Shown piece after piece: positions 13,140 through 28,370 of a stretch of 64,000 nt of DNA. A program made the position numbers and the translations under genes. How positions within the stretch are numbered: position 1 is the first letter of the stretch; every line of letters starts with the position of its first letter. A model generated the notes under the pieces. That model had not been told where the DNA came from. It ran no database searches and was given only the letters and a program-made list of their open reading frames with translations. Source of the stretch: Lytechinus pictus (lineage: Eukaryota); NCBI RefSeq assembly GCF_037042905.1, contig NC_087251.1, positions 30,816,001-30,880,000 of the forward strand. Reading direction: 5' to 3'.

Positions 13140-14016
13140 AGGCGGTGCTGCACCATCCCGAGTTTGCTCAATCTCGAGATTTTAGCCCGATCAGCCCTCT
13201 TCGCGATTAATCTCGAGATTCAAGAAACCCCGTCTGCACCATCCCACGAAGGGCGATTCCTGCTCAAGCGAGGCAACAAGCCCGATATTACGAGCATGCG
13301 CACTTTCGGATCTTGGAGTTTCAACGGCCCGCGCTTTTGAATAACTTCCCGCGATATGTAAGCAATGTACTCCTTTCACTAGCACTTTCGCCGAATTCAA
13401 CCGGTGTTATGCAACAATCCTCTCAGCTCAGCGAGTGAAGAAGTGATGTATTCTTTGTTAAATATGATGGCGGAGTAGGAGGCAACGACTGAGAGAGAGA
13501 GAGGGAGAGAAGGAGGAAAGAAATGCTATTTGCTCACATTTTGCGAAGGAATAAGACAACACTGCTGTCAGTGTTGTTATTGAATATGACCATCGTCGAT
13601 GAGCGCCTCCCCCTTCGGTCTGGTCTCTCCCAAAATCCATTCACTGGTGGGACACCATCGTTGCTTATGAACGCTATTCGCATGTATAAAGTTGACTTTC
13701 GCACGTGTTTATGTTTTGACCAAGGCGGAAGTGGAACGCGAATTGCATTATGGACTGACGTCATGAATAAATTACCCCGAGTCCAATCTCGAGTGCGTCT
13801 GCACCGACGAATTAGCGGGATAATTCATAAAATAGCGCGCTATTTTGCAAATAAACCCGAGTTGACTTGGGATTGCAATCTCGAGATTAATCCTACGAAC
13901 TAGCGCGATAATTGCGTCTGCACCGCCAACTATCTCGAGATTTTTCAGATCGGGATAATTTGCCGGATCAGAAATAGCGCGCTAATTTGAAAACTCGGGA
14001 TGGTGCAGACGGCCCT
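13140..14016. mobile_element. PIF/Harbinger-like MITE, CpG-rich
   Basis: TIR core CTGCACCATCCCGAGTTT / AAACTCGGGATGGTGCAG. 3-bp flanking repeat AAT. Repeated subterminal palindrome AATCTCGAGATT and repeated CGTCTGCACC. Confidence 0.85.
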
Positions 14017-16637
14017 AATGAGATTGTCTCAGGTTGGCCAAAGATACAAATAGGGCATTATATGTACATGGATGTGACAAGCCGTTGGTGAACTTAAAAT
14101 AGGACTCCCAACAGGATATTCAATTTAGCAACCTTTCTAGGGGGAAAATGTCCAAGACAAATCTAAGTTTAAAATAGTTTACTGAGACAAATACATGTAT
14201 ATATACACACATATCACGCAGAGTACATTACATACATGTACAAAACTCTACATAGAATCTAGAAATTAATTAAATTATGCTTCACAAATTAGAGTCACTT
14301 GTGCAAAACCCTGCATCTGTTTGACTGCATACGTAAAAGGAAATGACTGATACACAAGGTAAAGGTATAAATAGCACACATGTACGTGTATGTAGTACAT
14401 TATTGAGATCTTGAATTTGAAAAGCTCACAAAACATATATGTATTTGTTTGATGATTGGATATCAATTGAAATATGGTTAGTGAAAACAAATTCATGTAC
14501 ATGTATGTCTTGCAGCCAGAAAAGCAATGGAAAACATGTGTAAAACAGAAATAGTTTTATGAAATTTATACAAATCAGTTATAATATTTCCTGAATACAC
14601 TGCATAACGAGAACAAAGCAGTTTCACCAGGATTCTGCTCATGGTTGGGGATTTTAAACTACTTGATTTTCAGTGGTTTCTCAGTCTCATTTACACCTTT
14701 GGTTAAATTTTACTGGTGCCCCACAATTTCCGAATTACATGTATACTGGATGAGACTAGATAAAATATGATAATCCTTTTCTTTCTTTTATTTTAATGAA
14801 AGGATTTTATACTAGAGATTTACTGTATTTCTTTTTAATATCATCCACTGAGTGATTGAAAATATAATATTCAATAACTATTATCATGCTAAGACATTTC
14901 CAGCATGGATTCATGTTTCTTGACTACCTTCTTGTAGTGCATGTCTGCCCCATTTCCAGAGTCCAGTATAAATCCACTCTATATCCAAAAACAAAAATAC
15001 AAAATGCTTAATCCACATAGTCCAAGTAAAAATGACTTCCAAAAGACCAATGATCCTCGATCCGTCTATGACATACATGTAGAAACATTACAAGCAAAAA
15101 GACATTCATATCCAGCTGCAGTTGCCCTCCACACTTGCAAGTCACGCAACCATAAATGAAGAGTTCCTTTGAATAAAAAAACATATCCTTCGTCCTTCTT
15201 GGCTCAATATCATGTGGATTGCACTGAGCAGTACGTTCCAATCAACTTGCCCATTAATTTACACAAAGACAATTTGGCACCCGATTCACTCAGATTAATT
15301 AATTCCTTTCACTCTTCAGAAACGTTTCTTCAACTCTCGGTAAACCCTCCCAAAATGGAATTCATCCAAGCAGAACTGTCGATTCAGTTCGAAGCCCTGA
15401 AGGAAGTCAAGGTCCGGGGAACATATTCAAGACTGAAATGCAAATGATATTGGTATTTATCCAATGTTCATTCAAAGTTGATTGTCCATGGTTGCACTGG
15501 AACTGCCTCCGTCTGCCTGAAACAGATGAACTGGTAAACAGCACGTGTTTTTGAGACACAGCAAAAGTACTTGCGACAAATTAGGACTGTCACACTTGGT
15601 TACAAAGGGGGAAAAGGCATGCGCCTGATGCACAACAGGGACTCTGCCATTGTGCTGATTACTAATAAAAGACAGGATTAAGAGAAGGGGCCCTCAAAAC
15701 ATACAGCTTCATCGTTTCATCATATTAGCCCCTGCAGCAGATAAAAATGGGAGGAGCTACATGTACATGTAATATATACAAACAAAAAATTTCATAAACA
15801 ATAACATAGTTTCTCCCCTCTCTTGTACCAAGTCATGTTCGGCAAAGAGAGAGAAAAAGATAAGTCAGGAAATGAAAGGGATTAAGAGTAGACTTGGTAT
15901 CATATATGATATCTGATCTAACATGGACAGTGTCAATTTCAAAGCTTTATCCTTGCACTTTGTCAAATGAACAAACTTTGATTTTTGCCTTATAATTCAA
16001 TGACAACTGAACTAAAGCTGTAATCTGATTTACAATCACTTTTTTTTTGGGGGGGGTGTAAAAAATATATAAATCTGTTTCTCAGACATCCATAAAGTAC
16101 ACTGCCAAAAACTATGCTCTCTCTATTTTATTTTAATGTATTATACATGCATATAATATATAACTAATTAGTACTCTTTAAATCTGGTTTAAAGAATATA
16201 GTGCTATATATTTATTGCATAAATCTTCCTTGTCAACACCATTAAAAAAAGTTTAAACGGGCATGAAGGAACTTTAAAATGAAAATTTGATACATAATAC
16301 TTTGTTTTCCTCAATTTAAAATAGCGTTTCTGAAATGGAGTATGAAGGAACTGAATATTAAAATCCGACACATTCTCTGGTATTTAGGTCAGAGTAAATA
16401 TTTAATGGATGGTTAATTGATGGCATCAAAATGGTGACGCAAACATGATCTTGTACACCGGATGCTGCATCAAGTTAATGTGTTGACTACACTGTGCTTT
16501 TGCCATATTTGAATGTGAACAAAATTTTGTAAGCTTGTTATGGTGTTGTTTTCGAAGAGAACAGAATCTGAGAGCTCATACTTGTTAATAACATTGTACA
16601 TGTACATTACTTCGCAGGATGACAAATTTCAGCTCTG

Positions 16638-16797
16638 GGGCCTGTTGCTTAAAAGTTAATATTATGTTAACTTTGTCATCCAATGGTAACTACCATGGCA
16701 ACAAAGCTCAACAGCCAATCAGAATCAAGGATTTCAGGGAAGTTACCATTGAATAACAAAGATACTATAATACTAATGTTTGAAATGCAATGGGCAC
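16638..16797. mobile_element. Palindromic Harbinger-like MITE (diverged)
   Basis: Termini GGGCCTGTTGC...GCAATGGGCAC flanked by CTG on both sides, with internal inverted symmetry. Related fragments at about 9722 and 22350-22540. Confidence 0.6.
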
Positions 16798-17438
16798 CTG
16801 ATATGGTAATATAATTTTGAACAAGAAACTACCCTAAAGAGGAGAAACGACTGTGTGGTTGTATCATTTTTAACAAACTAAGCTTGAAAAAAAAAATGAA
16901 CACAAAAAATAAGTCTACATGATTAAACATATATTCGTTTACGACTCCCACTTCAATAATTACCAAATTGAGAAACTGAATATCTGTCTACAAGAATCTC
17001 CTCTCATAACAACATTGGTTTCAAATATCATACTAGAATACTATGTTGTTGGAGAAAATTAATAAACACTACACACTGATCAAGAGGTTATTGCACTCCT
17101 TTGGCAATTTCATAAAGCTTTGATATGGCACCCTGCCTGATATTATATCAACTGTTTGCTCTGCGGTAATAATATATTTTCTTGCCATTCAATGTCATTT
17201 CCAGCAATATTAGCCAGACATTATGCTTGGAGACTATGATACTACTCATTAAAGTGTCATATCATCAGTTAAAGGACTCCATGTCTATAAGGTTTATGTA
17301 GGCCAATAATGTTTGTAGCTTGTAATGCCATGACATAGTATCCTTTGTATCAAAATCATGTTATGTTTTACAATCCTGTGGTAAAAAATGAAGAAATCCT
17401 AATTTCATGTGGTGAATACCACAGGCTATACATTCAGC

Positions 17439-17622
17439 CAGGGGTGTGAGTGGTCACAAATAAAAAGATCTGAAAAAAGCTGAAGAGTGTTGAAAAAGTC
17501 TGAAATAGAAAGAGCTCCCATACTTTTTGTACAGAGGAAGGCCAAAAATAAGCTGAAATTAAGCTGAAAATCAAAACAAAAAAATCTGAAATCAGATAAA
17601 AATCTGAACTCTCACACCCCTG
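17439..17622. mobile_element. hAT-type MITE (184 bp)
   Basis: TIR CAGGGGTGTGAG / CTCACACCCCTG and a perfect 8-bp TSD CATTCAGC. Confidence 0.92.
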
Positions 17623-17833
17623 CATTCAGCGTACCTACTATGTACATGTACATGTAGTTCAAGGTTTTTTTTAAAACAAAGCAAACCTTAAAATTCTACA
17701 AAATATTTCCATAATATTCTAGTGAATTTTTTTACTTCGTGGCTTGTTGTATTTATCAAATCACCTTGACATCTTGTTGAGGGTTGAGACTGTTAAGCTT
17801 CATGTAGCAAACAACACAACACAATTTTAGTTA

Positions 17834-18259
17834 CTGTATATTAAAGCTGTTATTTTAGCGTACAAAATTTTTGGCAAATCTCAAGGGTCCCGACATTTTC
17901 GCGGGTTGTTGAATTTGCGATCAGAAGATGTACCAAACACTTTCACAGCATTTCAGAAGCAAAAATAGTGCAAAACATGTGCAAAAATATGCTCCTCAAA
18001 AAACCCATGCTGACGGGTCTTTTGTACATAAATACTGTATATCCCTGTAAAAAACAGTTACAAAGTGTGAAAAAAGTGGCTTAAATATCAACTTTTTTGT
18101 GCCTTTAGATTTGAAAATTCATCATGTCACATTTTGATCTGTAAGATTAATCTTTTGAAGTTGTGTTTTGTTTTTGTGTGTTGTTAAATTTGCGGCCGAT
18201 CGGCAATTCAGCAAAATCCGCGAAAATAAAACCCCCACGAAAATAAACAGCTTATACAG
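17834..18259. mobile_element. TA-targeting (Tc1/mariner-type) MITE
   Basis: TA|CTGTATA..AAGCTGTTATTTT at the left end and AAAATAAACAGCTTATACAG|TA at the right end. Confidence 0.7.
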
Positions 18260-18944
18260 TACATTTTGGTCTCTAGCAGAAAAAAACATACTTATGAGAT
18301 ATTCTTTTGGACAAGAACATGTTGCTTCTCTACATGATTCACATGAAAATATTCTTTTATTCCTCCTGTACATGAAACGTGTAGAGACTAGAGAGGCAGG
18401 CTCAATATAATTTGACAACTCCATTTCAATGTATATCCAAACAGCACATGAAATGACCTAATAAACAAAGCTCCTTGTATTGATCGTTGTGACCAATGAC
18501 AAACAAATCAATGGGTTTTTTTTCAACAAGAACAATGAATTGACAAGTATTAGCAGACGCAGTATTGTCTATCCCATGCCCTAATTTCAATCTCCATGTT
18601 ACATTTTATAAAGTAGATAACCATGTTTCTCTTCAAGCTTTTAATCTGTGTACTGTATACATGTACATGTATGTATGCACAAGGGCAGTAAAATTGAAGA
18701 GTGCAGTCGTACAACAAATGTATACGTGCATATACAATACATGTATGCCTCCATTATCAGCATGCGTCAATACTAGCAGCAATACTACATTTCAACCTCA
18801 AGCCCTGATTATAAGCAAACATCCTCCATAAAAGGATTCAGACAAGATGCTAAATGAGATAAAATGAAGAAAAATGCCTATGTTTAGAGCACATTACAGT
18901 GATAGTGCATAACATACACGATTTCCCAACATGTATATGTAATA

Positions 18945-19065
18945 CAGAGCATCACATTTTGCACGCATCTATTGTGAACATAATCGGCATACATGCATAC
19001 ATGTATGTCAGGGCATCACATTTTGCACACACCTATTAAAAAGTGAATGTAATCGGCATACATGT
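18945..19065. repeat. Local tandem duplication of about 67 bp
   Basis: gcatcacatttt(t)gcacRcaYctatt...gtgaaYRtaatcggcatacatg occurs twice. Confidence 0.75.
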
Positions 19066-20933
19066 AATGCTATTCAGTTCTAATGGTACATCATATCTTT
19101 ATCATTGTATTAATTCTCTGTCATGACAAATTGAATTGTTGAGGGCCTAAAATCCTGAAAGAAAGGCTACCAGTATGGGTATTCCTGTGTAGATTACCAC
19201 ATGATAGGTCAAGCTTTCCAAGTAAATTGATTCCAATTACAATTCACCTAGGCGCCCAGTATGCCATCTGATCAAGCTGATTGGTATTAAAGCAATCGCG
19301 AGCCTTGATATCACTAGAAACATTACAATGCATTCCAGTCGATTGATAGGAGATATTTCATCATTTTGTGTCGATCATCTTATCTTTGAAGGAATTCAAC
19401 AGTTGGGTTATCGTTTTTGTTCAAGCAATTTGTTATGATATGATGACCATCCTTGTGTAGAATGTTAATGTACATTTTCCTGATGATTTTAATAGGTGTT
19501 CAATCATTTTAGTTTATTATCTCATTATTGTATTTTTACACATACATGAAAATTTATGTAATCACCTTATATACAACCCAAGATAAGAGAACACAAGTCA
19601 TATATGTATGTAACAGCAAGATTCTGTGTCAAAGAAGTTGCCTCTCAAATACAAACTGCCTATTAAATGTCATTCAGCTAATTAACATCCTCACTTTTTT
19701 TGTCAGATTGGATTTGGGGTAATGGACAAATAATCAAAGAATGCGATGTAAACAGTGTACATATAGGTCCACATTTAGGCCTACATGCCCAAATTCAATT
19801 ATATTGCAATGCGAAGGTTTTTTGTTATTGCAAAATATGATATGAAATTAAGAATCACAGACTTGTTTGCACCTTTTCATTTCCCTCATGCTTTGAATGA
19901 CATTATTCATTGCTTGTCATATTGTGGCTTCACAAGCATACCACATGAACAGTCTACATGTACACTGTATACCAGTACTACATGTACTGTATGTTGCAGC
20001 AATTGAACAGGATGATGATGAGACGGACAGGAGAAAGCAGGTGTTCAAAATCAGAGTTACAAAGAAAGATAAAGGGAAGAGGGAAGAGGGTTTTTTTACA
20101 AGTATTGCAGGCTTGCTAAAGAGATATAGAGATACACTGAGCTTGGGTTGCTAGGCGACATTGGCTTTATATCTTCTCGTGGATCAAATAACTGTATAAA
20201 TGGGAAAAAAGTCATGGGTTTATCTATATGTCATTACTACATGTATGCTTAACAAATGTTATAACTGTACATTACATAATGATAAACATACATTTTTACA
20301 ACCCCTTATCCAAGAAAAAAATATTGACAGGCAGCAAATATTATCATATTTTCACTGCTGTTGCTTATTTGTAGTGTAAACAATTCAATTTATTTGATCA
20401 TTTGGAGCCGACTAAACTCTCACCATTTAACTTTCTCTGTTTTCTCTGATAACAAATTTATACAATTGGAATTTTCTATCCATGTTGTCATCATTGTGTA
20501 TATATGCATGGTGATAATCACTGTATTGATGATAAGATCTATGATAACCCTCCCTACAAACCTATATTACATGCAATTCCTTCCCCCCTTAAATTACCTT
20601 ATACCTCCTTGCATGATACATGTGCGTTGGGCTTCACAATATACCCAATCCATCAAGGATCGGATGGGATGCCTTGGACTGAATTCGAGGTGATTTCTCT
20701 CTATCTTATCCTCCAAATTATAAATGATGAGAATATGAGGTGAAGGTCCTACAGCCATGTCCCCATGCATCAGTTGATATTGGCCGTGCCAGCTGTGTCC
20801 TTCATGTCACTCCAATCACTGCATCCTATCAACATTCTAAAGTCCCCTTGACATCACAATAGCAAGAAATACATTACAGATGTAATACTATCATTAAGAA
20901 AATATCAATTTCAATATGTTATACTTTTTCAAA

Positions 20934-21082
20934 CTGAGTGTGAGTGGCCGCAAATGAAAATAGCTAAAATTGCAGCGCTCCTATAATTTTGTATCTAAAA
21001 TAATGCAAGTACACCAAAAGCTGGAGGGGATTTTTTTTAATAGCTCAAAGCAGATAAAAACGCTGGACTCTCACACCCCTGC
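20934..21082. mobile_element. Diverged copy of the 17439-17622 hAT MITE family
   Basis: Left end GTGTGAGTGGCCGCAAAT, right end ACTCTCACACCCCTG, and similar internal agctRaaa repeats. TSD not preserved. Confidence 0.7.
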
Positions 21083-21630
21083 TAAAACAATTTAATTTTA
21101 ATTTTTCTTTGTTTGCCGATGTAATTAATCCATGCAGGATGCATGTACATGTATGTGATGATTGTTCTAATTTATCCTAAGGGTCTGATATCTAGTAATG
21201 TACATATGAACAGATTTCCCTTTTGCATAAAATTCTTTGATATTTTTTCAACCTTTTTAAAGTATGAAAGCACACATTATGTATTGTTTCTGTATGATAA
21301 AACAATTAGAACCAACACATCTAATGTGCTGAAAATAGTAGGCCTACTAAAAGTGGTCCCAATATTAAAACCAATATTATGACAATACAGGGACAACTCT
21401 TTACCGGCGGAAAGATATGAGTATCATTTTCAACATAAGGCTTTAAGCTACATTTGAATTTTAATATTTCTGACTGTCCATTTTTAGCCATTGACCATTC
21501 TTGCTCGTGCTCGGAAGTCAGTATTAATATCGGGAGCTTTACTACCAAACTCAATGATGTGAGAGATCTATACTGACAAACTAATCAAAATTTGTGTAAA
21601 AAATAAACTAATATTGCCCTTTTCACTTAA

Positions 21631-21899
21631 AAGGAAAGTTCACCCTGATGAAAAGTTGTTGTAAAAATAACTGAAAATATAATTAAAAATACTGGTGAAG
21701 GTTTGAGGAACATCCATTAGACCTTTCATTGACTTTTTACCATATATTTAGGAAAGCTGCTCTCATATGACATCACAAATAAAATAATTAAAATTCTAAT
21801 AACTTTTTTTATTCTTTGATGGATTTTTCTCCAACCTTCGGCAACATATTTTTTTCTGCTATTTTTACAATAAACTTTTAGTCAGGGTGAACTTCCCCT
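21631..21899. mobile_element. TTAA-targeting MITE (Kolobok-like, purine termini)
   Basis: TTAA|AAGGAAAGTTCACCCTGA ... TCAGGGTGAACTTCCCCT|TTAA, with extended imperfect inverted repeats. Confidence 0.85.
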
Positions 21900-24192
21900 T
21901 TAACGGAACAATAAAATACAAAATATAAAAAGAACAACAAATAAAGAAAGACACAAATTTCAAACAGCCCCACTTTGCATGCCTTTTATCGATGTTCATT
22001 TGACTAACAATCTTGTTTTGGTAGGACTGTATTTACACAGACAAGGTCTCCTCATGAATTATTCATGAACGGTTGAATGCCTTCTTTTCATACTTGACAA
22101 GACCAAGAGCCTGAAGTAGTCGAGAATGTAAAGAGGAAAACACAACAAAGACCTCACTCGATCTCTGGGGAGTCCTTACAGTAAATTGACAAGTTGGTTT
22201 CACTGACATAAAGTTCAACCACAAATGAGATTTCATATCTCTGGGTTATCATAACCAAACTCGCCTGTGGTCTTCCACATGTATGCATGGAATATGTTCA
22301 AACAAACATCATATACCGGTACATGTAGCAGATAATAGAAATGAAGATCAAGGGAGCATTTCACAAAGGTCACTTGTTGGATGTTTTATCCAACAATATC
22401 TGTTGAATCTGGCAGTTATCATAGTAACAGTCAGACACGTGTGATTATCAGCCAATCATTATCAAAGGAATTCATCAGATCTGATGTCTTAACAGACAAT
22501 GATGTTTCTATCCTAAACATCTGATGTTGATGAAATGCTGTCCAATTTTCATTTAATATTTATAAAAAGTGAAATGACACCGAATGTTCGCAAACATGAA
22601 CCATGTGTGAAATCAATAACATGTAAAAGTTTCACTGAGTACAATTTGTGAGTGAAATTTGAAATATGTTGGAGGCGCCAATCATATGTCACCCTCATTT
22701 ATTTCATGAAACCATTATGATGTCAAAACAGAAACCACATCAAGTAAATGTGAAGAGTCAGCAAATCTTTATAGGATGTGTTTCTACTGAGCACCCATCT
22801 GGGATAAAGCTGTGGGGCAGCAGTTGGCAAATAGCAAGCATGAATTTAACATTGAATGAATACTGTACATGTTGACCGAGATACAATTATATTTTATGCA
22901 AAATAAATGTTTGAACATGAAGGGGGTATTTTCCTTTCTAATGGGTACTTGCAAGGGTAACACACAAAGTAGATGCAATTTGTATGTATACATGTAAGTC
23001 TGTATCTGTAGGCCTAACCGTATGTACCACAAGAAATGCAAACCAAACAAAGGGAATTTCCTTGGCAGCATAATCAATAGTGGTCAACTGCATGCAGTTA
23101 TTGCAGTAATTTCACAATGGACATATTGCGTGCAGATCATGCAATCACTGTCTAATTAAAAAAATTCAGCATTACAATCCGACCGTTCTTGTCTTTTCAT
23201 GTAATTCAAAATGCTAGCCGAAGGTTAAGCGTACATACTTGGTTCATCCTTTCCTTGTTTACAGATTCATTTTGTCTCTATTTTAAAAACCCTCTGAACA
23301 TTTTTCATCTTGCATTTTGCAATTTGGCTCAGTTACTACCGGTAATGATCCCCATCTCAAAACATTGCAAACCATTTTCCTGAGTGGAAAAAGGCACAAA
23401 TTCTGTCCAGAAATGTCTTTTATAGAAAATTTCTTCGTTATTTACAAAGATAATCAAAACATTTGCATGTTTACACATTATACATATCTATATCAAAATG
23501 AAGATGAGAATGGATATCTGATTTTATATTCTTATTACTTCGACCTTTTCAACCTGCAAGGTCGGAAAACCAGCTGTGCAGTGGACTTGCAAATACCAAA
23601 AAGGCCGGAATACCGGCCTGAAGCCATGTGACTTGAAAACACGAGTTCTATATGTCAGGTGATCTCTTAAAATTGATGCTATCTTGAGGATATTCAGTTG
23701 ATACCTTGAGTTCATAATTTTGTCAACTAATGGCTTTGATTTGGAAGGTATTCAGCATAAAAAATTGCCAAAATTACAGCTCTACGGAGGAGGCTCATGT
23801 GATAATAAACGGCGAATCATCCACTATGGGCATGCTATGGCAAATTTAACTTCAGTCAAAGCAGTGATGATGTCTGTACAAGAAGCTAATCAACATCAGA
23901 TGGGTCGGGCCTGACACCAGCAGAGGCGTATGCTCAGTTAGCCGGGGCTCAAATCATAGGAATATGATATCATTTTTATTTCAAATGTATTATTACTTCA
24001 TTTTGCCAATATGCTTGATATGTGCAAATAATAATCCATAGTAACAATAATTCAAAGGGTTACCGGTAAGTATTGTGAGGATATGATGATTGCTATCAAA
24101 GTATGAAAAATCCCGCAATTTTTTTTACTATTGTACACCTCAACTGTAGATAGCTGATGCTAAAATGGCTGAAAAAAGGGGTGACACAACGT

Positions 24193-24401
24193 ATGCTCCT
24201 GCGACATTTGCTCCGGTCTTAATATCTCAGAGGCATATAAAGGTTAGAGTTTGGATTGTAATGGAGTTTTTGGTTCGGAATAGTGAAAAGATAAATATAA
24301 GGGTTTTATTTAGTTTTGGAGGTAAGATTTCATGTTTGGCGTAATGTCATGTGTAGATTTTCCATCAGAGCAATTGTCACCGGAGCAAATGTCATGGAAC
24401 C
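24193..24401. mobile_element. Small inverted-repeat element (MITE)
   Basis: Perfect 15-bp inverted repeat GACATTTGCTCCGGT (24203-24217) / ACCGGAGCAAATGTC (24379-24393). Confidence 0.65.
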
Positions 24402-27400
24402 TAATAAAGAGGTAGCTCCATCAGGATTCTTCTTCAAAACTGCATATTATTACACTTCGCTGGAGCCTCACAAAATAAATTTACATTTAATTTCTTCCGA
24501 ATGAAGAAGTTTCAAAGGGTGAATCATGCTAAGATTTGATAGGCCATCTTCCCTTCCCCTATTGAGACTGAACCGAGGGGTAAATTGATGCATAATGACA
24601 CCAGACATATCGTGATACACAACTGGAGGGGGTAGACAACCAGTGTTGGAGCCAAGCAGTATGTATGAGTCAACAACTGTAGCTTGCACACAACAGGTCT
24701 TTTCTCTCTTTTAAAGGGATGAGTCATGGCATCACAGACAGTTGATGAATATGCAATCAAGTCTATAAAGACCTGTGTGATTGACTCCACACTTCGGACT
24801 ATCAAGCAGCCTGATTGTTCCTTTGATTGCAATGTATTTTCTCTTATTTTTTTAGCAAACATATAAGAACAAAGCTTCAAGTTTCAACCCTTGATGGTAA
24901 CTTGAAATATATGAAATTTACAAATTTAAAAATATAAATACACATGTAGGCCCATTTATTTTCAATCATGATTCAGTCAAACACATGCCATGTCCTGAAG
25001 TAAAATCCAAATAAATATTTTTTTATTAATATCAATTCTATAATCGGTACTGTGTATCAATGTGGTAAAACAGCATGTTTTTCATGGGAGTTTTTTTTTA
25101 TGTTTGTTTTTGAAATAAATCTGCATGCATATGTACATGTATTTAAGGCAGAATTTATCAGTGACAAGAGAACCAATTCTTAAGAGCACTAAATGTAAGT
25201 AAAGTAGCCTAATCGGTATTCCAGTTCGACCATTTCTTCACTGAGATTAATTTCAGTGTGAATAATTATTTCTTAGGTTTTTTTGTTTGTTTAAAAAATG
25301 ATTATAATTAGCACATGGAGATCTAAAAAAAATTATCCATGATTAGAGATGAATGAAATTATAATATAAAGTCTCCCTCTCCGCAATCAAGCATACTGCA
25401 CTAGTTTCATGAAGACTTTGCTTCGACATGCACTCCCTTTTATTGTAGTAAACTTTAAAGTCAGCAAGATTTAATTTTCTCATGTCTGACACTTCTTCCA
25501 AATGCAATGCATCTTCATTAAATATCATCATGTCATTTATGATCTAACTCAAACTATAAAGCACCTTCATTATAGACTGTAAAGGGGTCCATAAAAACAG
25601 ATGTATCTTTGAAATATTTTCCTGGTCAGTCATGACCATTGTAACCTCTGGTACCTCATGCAATATTGAGGTCATCTTAGGTCATGTATTCGAAAGTGAT
25701 TCTTGAGTGCATGTAGGTATATGGATTAGATGAAAACCAGACCCAAGGCAATGAATGCATTACCACGCTGGTATTCTCCATGTACTTTCCTCAACTCTGC
25801 AGATTAACATCGTTGGTACTTAGTTACTGCTACATTGACTCTATGAATACAACACTGCATACAATTTTCTAACTATAAGTTACCACTATCAAACTATTGT
25901 ACATTTTTCCAAAGGCCTTTCTAGTTTCTAAAACATGTTTCTCCTTGGAGTTTGGCTGTGTTGATCATCTCATTTAACAGTTTGAAAAGCAACCTGGCTT
26001 AAGCCATGGTACAGTGTAATTACATCCAAGTCACCCTCGAAGCGCATACAGAAATTGAATGGTATGTGATATGCAACATGTACAAGAACTGAATATTATT
26101 CGTTCATTTATGATTATTATTACACTTTATCTAAAATTTCATTAGCTTTTTAAATGTCTGGCCTTTTTAATGCATTTTACTATTTTGTTTTACTGTCAAT
26201 CATCAATAGACCATTTTTAATTGAGTATTGTGCCATTCAAGTTCAACCTAGGAGGATGGGTCATATAACTAAGGCAAACACTTTTTTCTGGTTTGTGACT
26301 GATGACAGATGTACATGTACTTGACATGGGCGCACATAATTCTGAAATGGTTTGAAGTGACAAATACATTTCAAATAGTTTTTTATCATTTCATTTTTTT
26401 ATTGAACAAGAACATGATATTTGACCTTGAAATAAAACAATGCCACTGACGCTACATGTATGTCATATTACATGTATTTGTGATAAATTACATTTAACTC
26501 TAACAACAATCTTGCAGGCCTGGATTTATGCTTCTGAAATTATGATGAATATTTTCATTAAAGATTTTACCTTACATGACCTTTGACCTTAGCCAAGTAA
26601 CCTAAAGTTCTATTCACATAATTATAAATATTTAATTTAAACGAAATCATGTACAATTTTCATTGTGTAGAAATATATATATTTTTTTTAATTAAAAAAT
26701 TCTCTTGAAAGTTATTAATCTTATGTAGAGGAAGTTTGTAAAGGATTAAAAATGAACATCACTGATTCGGCAAATTTTGTGCTATGTAAGTTCAAGCCAA
26801 GTTCAAGCCAAATGGGCAGTTATTCTAGTTTCATGATTAGAGTACCAACACACACCATCATGAATTCCTCTGGCAGGCATAATGGTCTGTGTGTCGCATG
26901 AAGCTGCGACAAGCCATCCACACAGCCTGCCCAAAGACTCAGGTGTGGTGTCAGGCGAAAGCTATCATTTGTCATCTTTTTAGATAGTTAGTGACTTCCA
27001 TTTTTTCTAAAAATTTCAGGGATTGTTTTTTACTTAAGGAAGAGATACGACATACATGTACCTCTCATTCCCACCAGAGTCCAGAAGCAAATTTTCTACT
27101 TTCGACAAATTTAATTCCTTCCTCCCTTTTTCATATTGACACCACAGTACTATAAAGTGCATTGACCTAAAAATGCTAAAATGATCTTTGACCTTGAATT
27201 TGTGAACTGAAATTCATGCCAAATAATCAATGAGACTTGGCCACCTTTTTGTCAAAGTTAATACATGTAGTTTTAAAGGACTTTTGTCTTCAAGATATTG
27301 ACCTTGACGCTGCTGTCATCCTTAAAGCATTGCATACAATGTACTTGTACGTCTTCCCGCTGCTACAGTATGCATTTGTATGCAAGTGAGACGAAAACAC

Positions 27401-27924
27401 CTCTGATAACAGCATCTAGGTCAAACTCAATTATCCATTTTACACATTCCTGTTTACACACTAGTGACTAGAGTTTGAGCAAATAGCTGAAGTAAACAAG
27501 GAAAGGGACTCAAGTCATGTTGAGTCATACAGATACAGGATGGACAAGTACCCTCTAGGCAAGTAGCCATCATCAATAGGAAGTGGAGAATTGGATGATC
27601 TCTGGACATTTGTTCAAAGCAACTTAGCATGCATCCAGTCATAGCTTTAGACCTCTATAAGTATAAGTTTTCTTTTTAAATGATGAAAAAAAAATGTCTT
27701 GAGTCACATCTGAATTTTTCAAACAGAATTAACTTTGTATAATACAAAATCAACTCCAAGCCTACCAATGGTACAAAGATCAGGGTCGCATACCATAAAT
27801 GTTGATCAATACACTACCATGTATGATATCAACTCTTGCTGGAATGTCAACTTTCATTGGAAGAGCCATTCAGGAAGCATGATTTTCACTGTTGCCACGG
27901 TACATAGTCTACCTTCATTTTAAT

Positions 27925-28110
27925 AGTCTAATGCCATAACGTCCATCAACATTTCGTCTAACAACCATTCGTTCCAATAGCCATTTGGTCCAATCATCAC
28001 TTTCTCTAATCACCAGTTTGTCTATGATCATTTCATCTCTTTAGCAGTTGGTCTAATATCCATTTTCTTTTCATTCATTTTGCCTAATAAACACTTACAT
28101 GTAGTCCATA
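27925..28110. repeat. Degenerate tandem repeat of about 20 bp (caYtt.gtcYaa), probably a transposon subterminal array
   Basis: Successive units catttcgtctaa, catttggtccaa, cagtttggtcta, cagttggtctaa and cattttgcctaa. Confidence 0.6.
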
Positions 28111-28189
28111 TTATAGTGTTGTTGAGACAGAAAATATGGCATAAATCCAACTCATTGCTGATGAACTTTATTTGATATTACATGTATCT

Positions 28190-28370
28190 GGTGGGTGTTT
28201 CATAAAGCTGCTTGTAGGATAAGAGTGACTTTTAGAATGACTGGTGATCCTTTCTTGTGGTAAATGGTATAATAAATTGGCAATGGTTTAGTGTGTAAGA
28301 AAGGTTCACCAGTGACCAGTTGTTCTTAAAGTCCCTCTTAACTTAAGAACAGCTTTATGAAACCGCCCCC
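28190..28370. mobile_element. Palindromic Harbinger-like MITE
   Basis: Inverted termini TTTCATAAAGCTG ... CAGCTTTATGAAA, with further internal symmetry. Confidence 0.75.

Noticed and set aside
13523..13903. 126-aa ORF inside the Harbinger-like MITE
   Set aside because: No transposase or Myb-like motif is recognisable. The GC-richer sequence simply has fewer stops.
27925..28110. Short spaced repeats as a CRISPR-like array
   Set aside because: Eukaryotic context, degenerate units with no unique spacers of constant length, and no cas genes.
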